From NCBI GenBank assembly GCA_051313645.2, contig JBNRSN020000014.1, forward strand, positions 103,230,001 through 103,294,000: 64,000 bases of DNA, written 5' to 3'. The translations under genes were made by a program, and so were the position numbers. Of this stretch, positions 11,564 through 23,801 are shown one piece after another. The notes under the pieces were generated by a model, which was not told where the DNA came from, did no database searches, and saw only the letters and a list, made by a program, of their open reading frames with translations. Origin of the DNA: Centroscyllium fabricii. Lineage: Eukaryota. Each line of letters opens with the position of its first letter. The first letter of the stretch is position 1.

Positions 11564-14440
11564 AGGTGGATGAATTAGCAGTAGAAATAGAGGTAAACAA
11601 ATATGATCTAATTGGGATTACGGAAACATGGCTGCAGGATGGGCAAGGCTGGGAACTTAACATACAGGGGTATTCAATATTTAGGAAGGATCGACAAAAA
11701 AGAAAGGGAGGAGGGGTAGCATTGCTGGTAAAAGAGGGGATAAATGCAATTGAAAGGAAGGATATTAACTCGGTTAATACGGAATCTATATGGGTAGAAC
11801 TAAGAAATAGCAAGGGGCGGAAAACGTTAATAGGAGTGGTATATAGGCCTCCAAATAGTAATATGGAGGTAGGGGAGGGCATCAAAAGGGAAATTAGAGA
11901 AGCATGCAATAAGAGCTCAGCTGTCATCATAGGTGACTTTAACTTGCATATAGATTGGACTAGCCAAATTAGTAAAAATAACGAGGAGGAGGAATTCCTT
12001 GAGTGTTTAAGGGATGGTTATCTGGATCAATATGTCGAGGAACCAACTCGGGGTCAGGCTATCTTAGACTGGGTACTGTGCAATGAGAAGGGACTAATTA
12101 GTAATCTTGTTGTACGGGGACCCTTGGGTCAGAGCGATCATAACATGATCGAATTCTCACTCGAAATGGAGAGCGAAGAAACTGACTCAGAGACTAAGGT
12201 CCTGAATTTAAATAAGGGGAATTATGATGCCATGAGACGGGAATTAAGTAAGTCTGATTGGGCAGCGTTTCTGGGGGGACTGGCGGTGGATAAACAATGG
12301 CAAGCATTTAAAGACAGAATGGCAGAATTGCAGAAATTGTTTATACCAATCTGGCATAAAAAGAAATCTAAAAAGGTGACTCAACCGTGGATAACAGGGG
12401 AAATTAGGGACAGCATAAAATCCAAAGAAAGAGCATATAAAATAGCCAAAAAAAGCACCAGACCTGAAGATTGGGAACAGTTTAGGATACAACAAAGGAG
12501 GGCAAAGGGATTAATCAGGAGGGGAAAAATAGCGTACGAAAGTAAGCTTGCGGCAAACATAAAAACTAACTCCAAAAGCTTTTACAAGTATATTAAGAGG
12601 AAAAGACTGGTGAAATCCAAAGTCGGTCCATTACAGTCAGATTCTGGGGAATATATAATGGGAAATAAGGAAATGGCAGACCAATTAAATGCATATTTTG
12701 GGTCTGTCTTCACAAAGGAAGACACAAAAAACCTCCCTGAGATATCAGGAACCATAGGGACAATTGCAAGGGAGGAACTGACAAAAATCAATATCTCTAA
12801 GGATATGGTGTTGGGGAAGCTAAAGGGACTAAAGGCTGACAAATCCCCAGGGCCTGATAACATGCATCCTAGGGTACTCAAGGAGGTGGCCCTAGAGATA
12901 GCAGATGCGTTAAGGATAATTTTCCAGAATTCGATAGACTCGGGAACAGTGCCCATGGATTGGAGGGTAGCTAACGTTACCCCACTATTTAAAAAGGGGG
13001 GTAGGGAAAAAGCAGGCAATTACAGACCTGTAAGCCTTACATCGGTGGTGGGCAAAATACTAGAGTCCATCATTAAGGATGTAATAGCAGAGCACTTGGC
13101 AAATGGGGACAGGATAGGACAGAGTCAACATGGATTTACAAAAGGTAAATCGTGCTTGACGAATCTATTGGAATTCTTTGAGGAAGTAACTGGTAAAATA
13201 GATGGGGGAGAGCCAGTAGATGTGGTGTACCTGGACTTCCAAAAAGCCTTCGATAAGGTCCCACATAAAAGATTAGCATGTAAAATCAAGGCTCATGGGA
13301 TAAGGGGAAAAGTATTGACGTGGATAGAGAACTGGCTGGCAGATAGAAAACAGAGAGTTGGAATAAACGGCTCATTTTCTGAATGGCAGGCAGTAACAAG
13401 TGGGGTACCTCAGGGATCTGTCCTGGGTCCCCAGCTGTTCACAATTTATATTAATGACCTAGATCAGGGAATCGGATGCAGCATCTCCAAATTCGCAGAC
13501 GACACTAAACTAGGAGGGGGGGTAGGCTCAGAGGAGGGGATCAGGAAGCTCCAGAGCGATTTGGACAAATTGGGGGACTGGGCAGATACATGGCAAATGC
13601 ACTATAATGTGGACAAGTGTGAAGTTATCCACCTTGGGGGCAAAAATGGGAGGGCAAATTATTATTTAAATGGCAATAGATTGGGAGATGGGGAAGTACA
13701 GAGAGACCTGGGTGTTCTGGTGCACCAGTCATTGAAGGCGAGCATGCAGGTGCAACAGGCGGTCAGGAAGGCAAATGGTATGCTGGCCTTCATATCAAAA
13801 GGGTTAGAATACAGGAACAAGGACACCTTACTACAGCTGTACAGGGCACTGGTGAGACCACACCTCGAGTACTGTGTGCAGTTTTGGTCGCCTCATCTGA
13901 GGAAGGATGTTCTTGCCATGGAAGGAGTGCAGCGGCGATTCACCAGGCTGATACCAGGAATGGCAGGAATGACCTATGAGGAGAGACTATGTAGTTTGGG
14001 GATGTACACACTGGAGTTTAGAAGATTGAGAGGGGATCTCATAGAAACATATAAAATTCTGACAGGCCTGGACAGACTAGATGCAGAAGGAATGTTTCCG
14101 ATGGCAGGAGAGTACAGAACTAGGGGACACAGTTTAAGGATAAGGGCTAAACCATTTAGGACAGAGATGAGGAGGAATTTCTTCACCCAGAGAGTGGTGA
14201 ACCTGTGGAACTCACTACCACAGAGGGCAGTGGACGCCAGCTCATTGAATATATTTAAGAGGGAATTAGATATATTTCTGCAGGCAAAAGGGGTTAAAGG
14301 TTACGGAGAGAAGGCAGGGACGGGATACTGAACTGAAGGATCAGCCATGATCTCATTGGCGGAGCAGGCTCGAAGGGCCGAATGGCCTACTCCTGCTCCT
14401 ATCATCTATGTATCTATGTATCTATCTACGTATCTATGTA
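11564..14440 (+). mobile_element. Young CR1 LINE (HER1-like), truncated at the start of ORF2
   Basis: Open ORF2, conserved 3' UTR and (TCTATGTA)n tail. Confidence 0.95.
11566..14331 (+). CDS. CR1 ORF2: APE endonuclease plus reverse transcriptase (921 aa, N-terminus missing)
   Basis: ITETW, GDFN, SDHN; RT GVPQGSVLGP and FADD; no stops. Confidence 0.9.
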   Translation: MDELAVEIEVNKYDLIGITETWLQDGQGWELNIQGYSIFRKDRQKRKGGGVALLVKEGINAIERKDINSVNTESIWVELRNSKGRKTLIGVVYRPPNSNMEVGEGIKREIREACNKSSAVIIGDFNLHIDWTSQISKNNEEEEFLECLRDGYLDQYVEEPTRGQAILDWVLCNEKGLISNLVVRGPLGQSDHNMIEFSLEMESEETDSETKVLNLNKGNYDAMRRELSKSDWAAFLGGLAVDKQWQAFKDRMAELQKLFIPIWHKKKSKKVTQPWITGEIRDSIKSKERAYKIAKKSTRPEDWEQFRIQQRRAKGLIRRGKIAYESKLAANIKTNSKSFYKYIKRKRLVKSKVGPLQSDSGEYIMGNKEMADQLNAYFGSVFTKEDTKNLPEISGTIGTIAREELTKINISKDMVLGKLKGLKADKSPGPDNMHPRVLKEVALEIADALRIIFQNSIDSGTVPMDWRVANVTPLFKKGGREKAGNYRPVSLTSVVGKILESIIKDVIAEHLANGDRIGQSQHGFTKGKSCLTNLLEFFEEVTGKIDGGEPVDVVYLDFQKAFDKVPHKRLACKIKAHGIRGKVLTWIENWLADRKQRVGINGSFSEWQAVTSGVPQGSVLGPQLFTIYINDLDQGIGCSISKFADDTKLGGGVGSEEGIRKLQSDLDKLGDWADTWQMHYNVDKCEVIHLGGKNGRANYYLNGNRLGDGEVQRDLGVLVHQSLKASMQVQQAVRKANGMLAFISKGLEYRNKDTLLQLYRALVRPHLEYCVQFWSPHLRKDVLAMEGVQRRFTRLIPGMAGMTYEERLCSLGMYTLEFRRLRGDLIETYKILTGLDRLDAEGMFPMAGEYRTRGHSLRIRAKPFRTEMRRNFFTQRVVNLWNSLPQRAVDASSLNIFKRELDIFLQAKGVKGYGEKAGTGY

Positions 14441-14442
14441 AT

Positions 14443-14503
14443 TGTTATAGGGCCAATGTTATAGGGCCAATGTTATAGGGCCAATGTTATAGGGCCAATG
14501 TTA
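14443..14503. repeat. 14-bp tandem repeat next to the CR1 tail
   Basis: TGTTATAGGGCCAA, about 4.3 perfect copies. Confidence 0.9.
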
Positions 14504-14538
14504 AGCAACCTCCTTTCTCCTCCTGGTTCACAAATAAT

Positions 14539-15270
14539 GATCTGTATTTTTGCGCCCCCCACGGGTGCGCGTATGAGGTGTGTACGCACCCGTAGGGGCC
14601 GCACAAGTGACGGTTTCAGGAATGCAAAGCACATGCGCTGAAAACCGGCACTTGCGATCTATCAAGAAATCTCTGGACAGGTCATCCGCATGCCCAAGAA
14701 AAGTGCCTCTGCGGGTGGAGAGTCGCGCTTTTTGCACAACCTCCGCCTGCTGAATGACTGTCAAATTCTTACGCCTGGTAAGAAACTTCAGGGTTTAATA
14801 AAATAGAAACATGAAATTTGATAACTCATTTATAAATTTAAGATACTCTTCAAAAAGCTAAGTTTATTTTTCGCCCTGTAAAAACATTTTAAAAAAATCT
14901 CCAAAAAATGTAATTTTTGTTTAAAATATTTAATTAAATGGCATTTTAATATGCAATAAAAAATTATTTAATGTGTTGGTGTATTTTTTAGGTGTTCCCT
15001 ATTCATACTTTTGACAGTTCCGTACGTACAGAACTGTCAAAAGGTTGAATGGGGATTCCCTTTTTCGATTGGTTGGGCCGGCCCACGTGATCCCAGGAGC
15101 GCCTATGAACCACATGCGTCCCTGGGATACGTGGGACTCTGCCCGCACGATTCCGGAGAGGCCCAGGAGCGCAAGCTGCCATTCTTCCCGGGCTACCAGG
15201 TAAATTCATAGGCAGTTTGCAGGTCGGAGGCTTCCGTCCACGGGAAGCCTCCGATCACAAATGTTGGCTC
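14539..15270. mobile_element. Harbinger-like MITE (diverged relative of type 1)
   Basis: Degenerate TIRs, AAT/ATT flanks, shared hairpins; partial copy at 32695-32865. Confidence 0.6.
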
Positions 15271-15589
15271 ATTATGTTTCGAGTAAGCACAAGACTTCGT
15301 GGTGGAGTATACGGAACAAACTTTATTGTTACACAGAAAGGTGATCAGCCTTTACCGGTATACATAGAGTGGATATTCAGTTTCTGTATCTTTCCTGTAC
15401 ACACTGACAAACTGTTGAAAACTGAGGCCATGATTTCACCTACTGAGGCAGGCTTAGCGCGTCCAAGTTAGGTGGCAGATTGCAATCCCGCTCCCGGCTC
15501 CATCCCGCTCTGCAAGAAGAATTTTCCATTGATTGGGCTTGTTAAGCCTGCCCTGTGAGATTCCTGGCCACCTTGTCATCAGCCGGTTT

Positions 15590-15790
15590 CCTTAAAGAGA
15601 CCATGCCTACAATCATTTTGACAGTTGTGCTGTCTGTGTTTTGAAGCACTGAGGTGCTGCAAACACTGACAAGCACTGCACAAAGGTGCACAGCTGCACC
15701 CAGGCTCTCCCATGACTCCCTCCATATGCTTATGGAGGGAGTCACAGCACGCAGGGAGGTTCTCTTCCCTTCCCATAGGCAGAAGAACCT
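15590..15790 (+). mobile_element. Harbinger Myb/SANT-like ORF remnant
   Basis: APRLSHDSLHMLMEGVTARREVLFP; related segment at 17100-17225. Confidence 0.5.
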
Positions 15791-15967
15791 TTTAATGATT
15801 TCAGTAGATCACAAATCGTTACTGCCAAGCCACACGCAACCTCATCCTGCTGTGCCACTCATCACATCCCCATCACTCTGCCTTCATACCCTAGTCCTGC
15901 ACATCTTTACTCACACCAACTTACTTTGCACCTTCACCCATCCCATTTGATGACACATTATCGTGGA

Positions 15968-17092
15968 CGTTGACGTGGATTGAGAACTGGTTGGCACACA
16001 GGAAACAAAGAGTAGGAGTAAATGGGTACTTTTCAGAATGGCAGACAGTGACCAGCGGGGTACCGCAAGGTTCGGTGCTGGGGCCCCAGCTGTTTTCATT
16101 AATATATAATGTATTGGATGAAGGGATTAAATGTTCTATTTCCAAATTTGCGGATGACACTAAATTGGGAGGCAGTGTGAGCTGCGAGGAGGATGCTAAG
16201 AGGCTACAGAGTGACTTGGACAGGTTAGGTGAATGGGCAAATGTATGACAGATGACGTACAATGTGGATAAATGTGAGGCTATCCACTTTGGTGGTAAAA
16301 ATAGAGAGACAGACTATTATTTGAATGGTGACAGATTAGGGAAAGGGGAGGTGCAACGAGACCTGGGCATCATGGTACATCAGTCACTGAAGGTGGAAAT
16401 GCAGGTACAGCAGGCAGTCAAAAAAGCAAATGGCATGTTGGCCTTCATAGCAAGGGGATTTGAGTACAGGAGTAGGGAGGTGTTGCTACAGTTGTACAGG
16501 GCCTTGGTGAGGCCACACTTGGAGTATTGTGCGCAGTTTTGGTCTCCTAACTTGAGGAAGGACATTCTTGCTATTGAGGGAGTGCAGCGAAGGTTTACTA
16601 GATTGATTCCCGGGATGGCCGGACTGACATATCAAGAAAGACTGGATCAACTGAACTTGTACTCTCGAGAGTTCAGAAGAATGAGGGGGGGATCTCATAG
16701 AAACATTTAAAATCCTGACGGGTTTGGACAGGTTGGATGCGCGCATAATGTTCCCAATGTTGGGGAAGTCCAGAACCAGGGGGCACAGACTAAGGATAAG
16801 TGGTAAGCCATTTAGGACTGAGATGAGGAGAAACTTCTTCACCCAGAGAGTGGTGAATCTGTGGAATTCTCTACCACAGAAAGTTGTTGAGGCCAGTTCA
16901 CTAAATATATTCAAAAAGGAGTTAGATGTAATACTTACAACTAGGGGGATCAAGGGATATGGCGAGAAAGCAGGAATGGGGTACTGATGTAGCATGTTCA
17001 GCCATGAACGTGTTGAATGGCGGTGCAGGCTCGAATGGCCGAATGGTCTACTCCTGCACCTATTTTCTATGTACCTATGTATCTATGTATCT
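15968..17092 (+). mobile_element. CR1 LINE 3' fragment
   Basis: RT with a stop and a frameshift; (CTATGTA) tail. Confidence 0.9.
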
Positions 17093-17899
17093 ACCAGTTT
17101 TCTTAAAGGGACCATGCACAGTTTTTTTTGACAGCTCATTTCTCAGTGTTTGACAGCCTTGAGGAGCTGCAAACACTGACAATCACTGTACAAAGGTGAG
17201 CTCTTGTACCCAGGCTCTCCAATAACTTCTTTCGTAGGTTAGAACAGATGGCAGCTGCAGGTGAGGTGACAGGAGCACTCTGTCACTGGTGAGAGTGGTT
17301 CTCCCAATGAGCTGGCAATAGACATCGGTTTCAAAACTTGTTACCTAAGAAATGTGTAAATGCATTAAAAATAATTTTTCCAACATTTTCTGACCGAAAC
17401 TCACCAGTGCAACATTGGATCCTTCACACCACTTCTGCAGCTGTCATCAATGCAGAAACATTACAGCAGACTCACAGCATGCCACACTTACCTGGCGTGG
17501 TGTGCGGATGTCGGGAAACCCGAGACAGAAGCGGCAAAATTTAAAAATAGGCTGTAAACTACTAGCAACCACCTGTTAACAGGCAGTTAATTGGCTTTAA
17601 TCCTCTTCCCACCGCTAGGTGTCGGGTCCGTGTGCAAACCAGTGACCCGGCACTTGGGAAGACTGTTTGGAGGTGGGTTGATGGTGGGATCAGACCCTGC
17701 AGTCAGTCAAAATGATTTTAACCTTTGATCCATCTCCAAACCCGCCCTAAAATCGCAGCCTATGCCTTCATCACTGTTATTGATTTTAATACATATTGTA
17801 TAAAATGCAATCAATTGTTGTGTCACATATTTTCACTTCTTTATATGTTAATGGCAGAGCAATGCTACATACAGATATATACAAAGCTATTGCCATAAT

Positions 17900-18452
17900 G
17901 GGGCACAAAGCAACTAGCACTCCGGCGCGGCGCTGCTAACGTCTCCCGCGAAATTCAGTGGAAGGTTAGCGGCGGTGGTAACCGGTAGCTTCCTGCAGTG
18001 CTGCGCCTTCGGCGATGATGTAATCACCGCATACAGTGCCCCACTCGTGCCCCAGCCAAGAACCTCAGTAGCACCCCCTGACTTGTCCGACAGGGTTAGG
18101 GGGATGCATGTGCGGCCGGGGCGGCGATAATTAAAGAGGAGGTGCCAGACTCTTTTGCCGGCACCCCGATCCCTGGTGGCCCAGCTGGGCCCTGGGTTGC
18201 GCTGTGTAAGGCCCCACCCCTTCAATAAAGGGAGGAAGGACTGCAGTACCGCGGTGCGAGCGGCACGTAGTGTCGCGATATTCCCTGGTAGCACCCCAAG
18301 AGGGAGGGGGAGTGCTGCCAGTAGTACCTGGCCTCCCTCTTGGGGTGCTGCCAGTGAATTTCAGGCGCGCGGGCGCTCACCTTTTCGGGGTGCAAAAAGT
18401 AGCGCCCTAGCGAAGTTAGCATCCCAAAGGGGGTGCGACTGAATTTTTGCCC
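17900..18452. mobile_element. GC-rich MITE, Harbinger-like
   Basis: GGGCACAAA...TTTTTGCCC ends; related to 52832-53537. Confidence 0.55.
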
Positions 18453-18897
18453 TTTGGTCTCCTTACCTAAGGAAGGATTTACTTACCATAGAGGGAGTGC
18501 AATGAAGGTTCACCTGACTGGTTCCTGGCATGCGGGGGTTGTCCTATGAGGAGAGATTGAGTAGAATAGGCCTATATTCTCTAGAGTTTAGAAGAATGAG
18601 AGGTGATCTCACTGAAACATATAAAATTCTTACAGGGCTTGACGGGGTAGATGCTGGGAGGATGTTTCCCCTGGCTGGGGAGTCCAGAACCAGGGATCAC
18701 AGTCTAAAAATTAGGGGTCGGCCATTTAGGACTGAGATGAGGAGAAATTTCTTCACTCAGAGGGTGATGAATCTTTGGAATTGTCCACCCCAGAGGGCTG
18801 TGGAGGCTCCGTCGTTGAGTATATTCAAGACAGAGATCGATAGATTTTGAGTATTAAGGGAATCGAGGGATATGGGGATAGTGCAGGAAAGTGGAGA

Positions 18898-20745
18898 TCA
18901 TAGAATCATAGAAGATAGGAGCAGGAGTAGGCCATTCAGCCTTTCGAGCCTGCTCCGCCATTCAATGAGATCATGGCTGATCTTTAGCAAGCTAGTACCC
19001 CGACCCCGCCTTTTCTCCGTAACCTTTAATCCCTTTAGCTTGAAGAAATATATCCAATTCCCTCTTGAATATGTTTAATGAACTGGCCTCCACCGCCCTC
19101 TGTGGCAAGGAATTCCACAGGCCCACCACTCTCTGAGTGAAGAAATTCTTCCTCATGTCTGTCCTAAATGGTTTACCCCTTATTCTTAGACCGTGGCCCC
19201 TGGTTCTGGACTCCCCCGCCATTGGAAACATTCTCTCTGAATCTAACCTGTCCAGACCTTTCAGAATTTTATACGTCTCAATGAGATCGCCTCTCAATCT
19301 TCTAAACTCCAACGAGTACAAGCCCAGACTACATACTCTCTCCTCGTAGGTCATTCCTGCCATTCCAGGGATCAGCCTGGTGAAACGCCGCTGCACTCCC
19401 TCCATGGCAAGAACATCCTTTCTCAGGCGAGGCGACCAGAACTGTACACAATACTCGAGGTGTGGTCTCACCAGTGCCTTGTACAGCTGCAGTAAGGTAT
19501 CCTTATTCCTATACTCGAACCCTCTTGATATGAAGGCCAACACACCATTTGCCTTCCTAACCGCCTGCTGCACCTGCGTGCTCGCCTTCAGCGACTGGTG
19601 CACAAGAACACCCAGGTCTCTTTGCACCTCCCCATCTCCCAATCTATTGCCATTTAAGTAATAATCTACCCTCCTGTTTTTGCCCCCAAAGTGGATAACC
19701 TCACATTTATCCACATTATAGTGCATCTGCCATCTATCTGCCCAGTCCCCCAACTTATCCAAATCGCCCTGTAACTTCCTGACACCCTCTTCAGAGCCTG
19801 CCCCCCCTCCTAGTTTGGTGTCATCCGCGAATTTGGAGATATTACATTCAATTCCCTGATCCAGATCATTAATATATATTGTAAACAGCTGGGGTCCCAG
19901 GACAGACCCCTGCGGTACCCCACTAGTCACCGGCTGCCACTCAGAAAACGAGCCATTAATTCCAACTCTCTGTTTTCTGTCTGCCAACCAGTTCTCTATC
20001 CACATCAAAACTTTACCCCCAATCCCATGAGCCTTAATTTTACATGCTAATCTTTTATGTGGAACCTTATCGAAGGCTTTCTGGAAGTCAAGGTACACCA
20101 CATCTACTGGCTCTCCCCCATCTATTTTCCGAGTTACTTCCTCAAAGAATTCCAATAGATTAGTTAAACACGATTTACCTTTTGTAAATCCATGTTGACT
20201 CTGTCCGATCTCATCCCTAATTGTCAAATGCTCCGAGATTACATCCTTGATAATGGACTCGAGCATTTTGCCCACTACTGATGTAAGGCTTACTGGTCTA
20301 TAATTCCCTGCTTTCTCTCTGCCCCCCTTTTTAAATAGTGGGGTAACATTAGCCACCCTCCAATCCGTGGGTACTGATCCAGAGTCTATCGAGTTCTGGA
20401 AAATGATCCTTAAAGCACCCTCTATTTCCAGGGCTACCTCTTTAAGTACCCTAGGATGTAGATTATCAGGCCCTGGGGATTTGTCGGCCTTCAATCCCTT
20501 CAACTTCCCCAAAACCATCTCCCTAGAAATACTGATATCTGTCAGCTCCTCCCTTGCATTAGACCCTATGTTCGCTGCTATCCCTGGGAGGTTGCTTGTG
20601 TCCTCCTTTGTGAAGACAGTACCAAAATATAAATTTAGTTGGTCTGCCATTTCTTTATTCCCCATTATATATTCCCCTGAATCGGACTGCAAGGGACCGA
20701 CTTGGGATTTTACCAATCTTTTCCTCTTGATGTACCTATAAAAGC
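18898..20745 (-). mobile_element. Young CR1 LINE, 5'-truncated
   Basis: Open RT ORF close to the 11566 copy; (TCTATGAT)n tail; no TSD. Confidence 0.95.
18992..20716 (-). CDS. CR1 ORF2 reverse transcriptase part (574 aa, truncated)
   Basis: Stop-free frame with PQGSVLGP and FADD. Confidence 0.85.
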   Translation of the reverse strand: MVKSQVGPLQSDSGEYIMGNKEMADQLNLYFGTVFTKEDTSNLPGIAANIGSNAREELTDISISREMVLGKLKGLKADKSPGPDNLHPRVLKEVALEIEGALRIIFQNSIDSGSVPTDWRVANVTPLFKKGGREKAGNYRPVSLTSVVGKMLESIIKDVISEHLTIRDEIGQSQHGFTKGKSCLTNLLEFFEEVTRKIDGGEPVDVVYLDFQKAFDKVPHKRLACKIKAHGIGGKVLMWIENWLADRKQRVGINGSFSEWQPVTSGVPQGSVLGPQLFTIYINDLDQGIECNISKFADDTKLGGGAGSEEGVRKLQGDLDKLGDWADRWQMHYNVDKCEVIHFGGKNRRVDYYLNGNRLGDGEVQRDLGVLVHQSLKASTQVQQAVRKANGVLAFISRGFEYRNKDTLLQLYKALVRPHLEYCVQFWSPRLRKDVLAMEGVQRRFTRLIPGMAGMTYEERVCSLGLYSLEFRRLRGDLIETYKILKGLDRLDSERMFPMAGESRTRGHGLRIRGKPFRTDMRKNFFTQRVVGLWNSLPQRAVEASSLNIFKRELDIFLQAKGIKGYGEKAGSGY

Positions 20746-21509
20746 TTGAGGTAGAAGATCAGCCATGATCTTATTGAATGGCAGAGCAGGCTCGAGGAGC
20801 CGGATGGCCTACTCCTGCTCCTATTTCTTATGTTCTTATGCTAAAAAGAAAAGCACTGTGATTGAATCATTGAATTACTGAAGCAACTCAGCAGAGCTTT
20901 GAGAGAAAGGCAGGGTATTAATTATTAATGATTTTAGTTATATAAAAATTGAATGAAATTGTAGCAATGATGTCTTAGGGGAGAGCAGCTAATTCATGTG
21001 GTAATTGCAGGAATGCTTCTTGATGTAACATATTAATAAGGGAACTGCACAAGGCCATACTGGATGTAGCATGTCTTTGTTGGTGTGGGTTGGAGTAAGA
21101 CACAGTAAAATTAATGGTTCAGATTTTGCGGTCAGCGGCAAACCAACGGTGCCTGCCATTCATTACACTTGCACTTACCCATAGACTCTCTATGGACTTT
21201 TGCACTGGAATTTCCTGTCAGCCAACTAGCCAAAAAGCACAGTGCCTTCCATTGGGCATCTGAGGCCTTTATGAACAGGTCAAGCAACTGTGCATCTCTT
21301 TAACCAATTAGACTGGAGAAACATATTTGAGCAGCACAAAGTCTGAACCAGGAACAATCATTGGAATATTGAATACAATGTCATATCAGGTATAGAAAGT
21401 GAAATAGTGGAAAAGAAAGATTAGATTAAGAAAGAGAGATAAAAGAGCCAGAGAAAAAAGTAAAAAAACATTTTTTTTTTTAAATCTGCAACAAAAATTA
21501 AAATTGTGT

Positions 21510-21993
21510 AGAGTACTGTGTGCAGTTTTGGTCACCTTATCTGAGGAAGGATGTTCTTGCCATGGAGGGAGTGCAGCGAAGATTCACCAGACTGATGCCT
21601 GGGGTGGCAGGAATGAGGAGAGATTGGGTCGATTGGGCTTATACTCGCTGGAGTTCAGAAGAATGAGAGGGGATCTCATTGAAACTTATAAAATTCTAAC
21701 AGAACTAGATAGACTAGGTGCAGAAAGGATGTTCCTGATGGTCGGGGAGTCCAGAACCAGGGGTTGCAGTCTAAGGATAAGGGGTAAGCCGTTTAGGACA
21801 GAGATGAGGAGGAATTTCTTCACCCAGAGAGTGGTGAACCTGTGGAATTCTCTACCACAGAAGGCCGTAGAACCCAATTCATCCAATCTCATGGTACTGA
21901 GATTGGATGATCAGCCATGATCTCATTGAATGGCGGAGCAGGCTCGAGGGGCTGAAGGGCCTACTCCTGCTCCTATCTTCTATGTTTCTATGT
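21510..21993 (+). mobile_element. CR1 3' fragment, (TCTATGTT)n subfamily
   Basis: RT end and tail. Confidence 0.9.
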
Positions 21994-22299
21994 AAAATCT
22001 GAAGGAATGAGACTGCACACTTGTAAAAGTTAACTTTCAGTGTCAGAGAGGTTATTTGGCACTAATTAAGACTTATCGCACCATTAAAATGTACTTACAC
22101 TGGAATGGACAAGCCCTAATGTTTTATTGTCAAGTTTAGTTTGTATCCATGAGGTAAGTACAGAAACTTCATGCCATTTAATGTATTTGAATTGTGAGTC
22201 TCTCGGTAAGATACCATTATCACGCAACCTTTGGAGAAGTAGGGCATCTCGGACAGCAACTTCCTGATTTCTGCATTTAACTGCACATGTACGGTTGCC

Positions 22300-22450
22300 C
22301 TTGTTGTTTGTAGGAGCTTACTGTGTGCGAATTGGCTGCTGCGTTTCCTACATTACAACAGTGACTACACTTCAAAAGTGCTTAATTGGCTGTAAAGCAA
22401 TTTGGGACATCCTGAGGTCGTGAAAGGTGCTATATTAATGCAAGTCTTTC
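22300..22450 (+). mobile_element. DeuSINE 3' fragment
   Basis: Matches 56055-56210. Confidence 0.8.
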
Positions 22451-22713
22451 ATTTTTCTCTCCAATTTCCATGTGAATAATGGTGAGTGCTGTTAGCCTCA
22501 CTGTTATTTCTACCACAAAATCCGGCCCAAGGTATAAAATTTCAGGAGAGTAGTCACAATGCGGAGGTGTAGCAGGCAGTGTACTGTGACTGGTTCAGTG
22601 GGGTGCTTGGTAATTTTAAGGATGTCATGCAAAACTGTCTGCTACTACGACTGGATCATTAGGCACAACCAACAAATGTCCTCCCCCAGCAAGTTCTGCC
22701 TTGACTCCAAGTT

Positions 22714-22864
22714 GAAAAAAAAGTATTCGTTCACCGATGTGGGCGTCGCTGGCAAGGCCGGCATTTAGTGGCATTCCTAATTGCCCTCGAGAAGGTGGTG
22801 GTGGTGGTGAGCCGACTTCTTCAACCGCTGCAGTCCGTGTGGTGAAGGTACTCCCACAGTGCTG
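22714..22864 (-). mobile_element. LINE family B 3' tail
   Basis: Matches 25125-25246. Confidence 0.8.
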
Positions 22865-23520
22865 ACTTTGTCATGGTAACTTGGTTTTGGTTTCCACCTG
22901 TGATGGTGGCAAGGATGCCGATATGTCCTGAAATTAATTTTAATTTGCTCTTCTTCCAACTTCTTGCAAGTTGAAGCTATCTGTCTTTTGGCTGCCCCCT
23001 TCTGAACTCTAACATCAGCAAGCTCTTAGGTTTACTTCTAACTGCCCCTAATAGGTGTATCCTACTGATATGATGGCAGGAAGACTTCCCCTGACCTCCA
23101 GCTAATCCATGTGGAGTGAAAAACAATGGAAGATAGCCCAATCCGAATAAATCATGCACTCCTTTTGAAATCTGGCTCACTGCTAGCAGGTGTCTGGCAT
23201 GTCAACAGCAGTGCCCCGTGTAAGCTACTCATGAAGCCCTTTGAGCTCACTCCACTCCACCCAAACAGGCTAACTGTCAAAGCCCTGGTCAGAAAATCAA
23301 AACCCACCAGACATTGGCAGGGAAGCACTGTAGTATGCATGAGCACCACTGTCACCAGCTGGAATCAGTTCCAAAAATTGTCCACAACTCCAGCTACTCA
23401 GTACACACACTCGCTACCACAAGGAACCATGAACCTGAAAATGTGCAAGCCCTTGCTTGATTTTTTCTAAGAGGGCCCGTCCTCCCCACATATGGTCCCC
23501 CACATCAAGGGGAAGGGTAG

Positions 23521-23801
23521 TGTCTTGTTTTTCACACTTTGTACAAAAATAATAAATTGCAGGACAACGGAGGATTACACTTTAACTCTTTTATTAAGCA
23601 TCAGGTCTGTGATCTTACTCCTCGCAGCATCACTGGGGAAAGCATGGCATTAGGACCCCTAGCCTGGGTCTTCAAAACAGTAGCAGTCCTTACAGATGCC
23701 TGCAAGCCAATGACAACTTGGCATGTGATCACATGTGAATATAATAGGTATTCCTTACAGATGCCTGCTGGCCAATGATAATTCAATATGCAAATGTTAC
23801 A
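23521..23801 (-). repeat. 3' LTR of Gypsy C
   Basis: Direct repeat of 30433-30713 with TG...CA ends. Confidence 0.95.

Larger units (their letters stand above)
18453..20840 (+). mobile_element. CR1 3' fragment split by a younger CR1
   Basis: RT end 18453-18897; 3' UTR resumes near 20746 and ends in (TCTTATGT)n. Confidence 0.85.
21116..22528. mobile_element. Old TIR element containing CR1 and SINE inserts
   Basis: Imperfect TIRs GGTTCAGATTTTGCGG / CCACAAAATCCGGCCC. Confidence 0.45.

Noticed and set aside
22870-23520. Possible old Gypsy protease-region remnant on the minus strand
   Set aside because: Only a weak VAGVVDN-like motif; not supportable without a search
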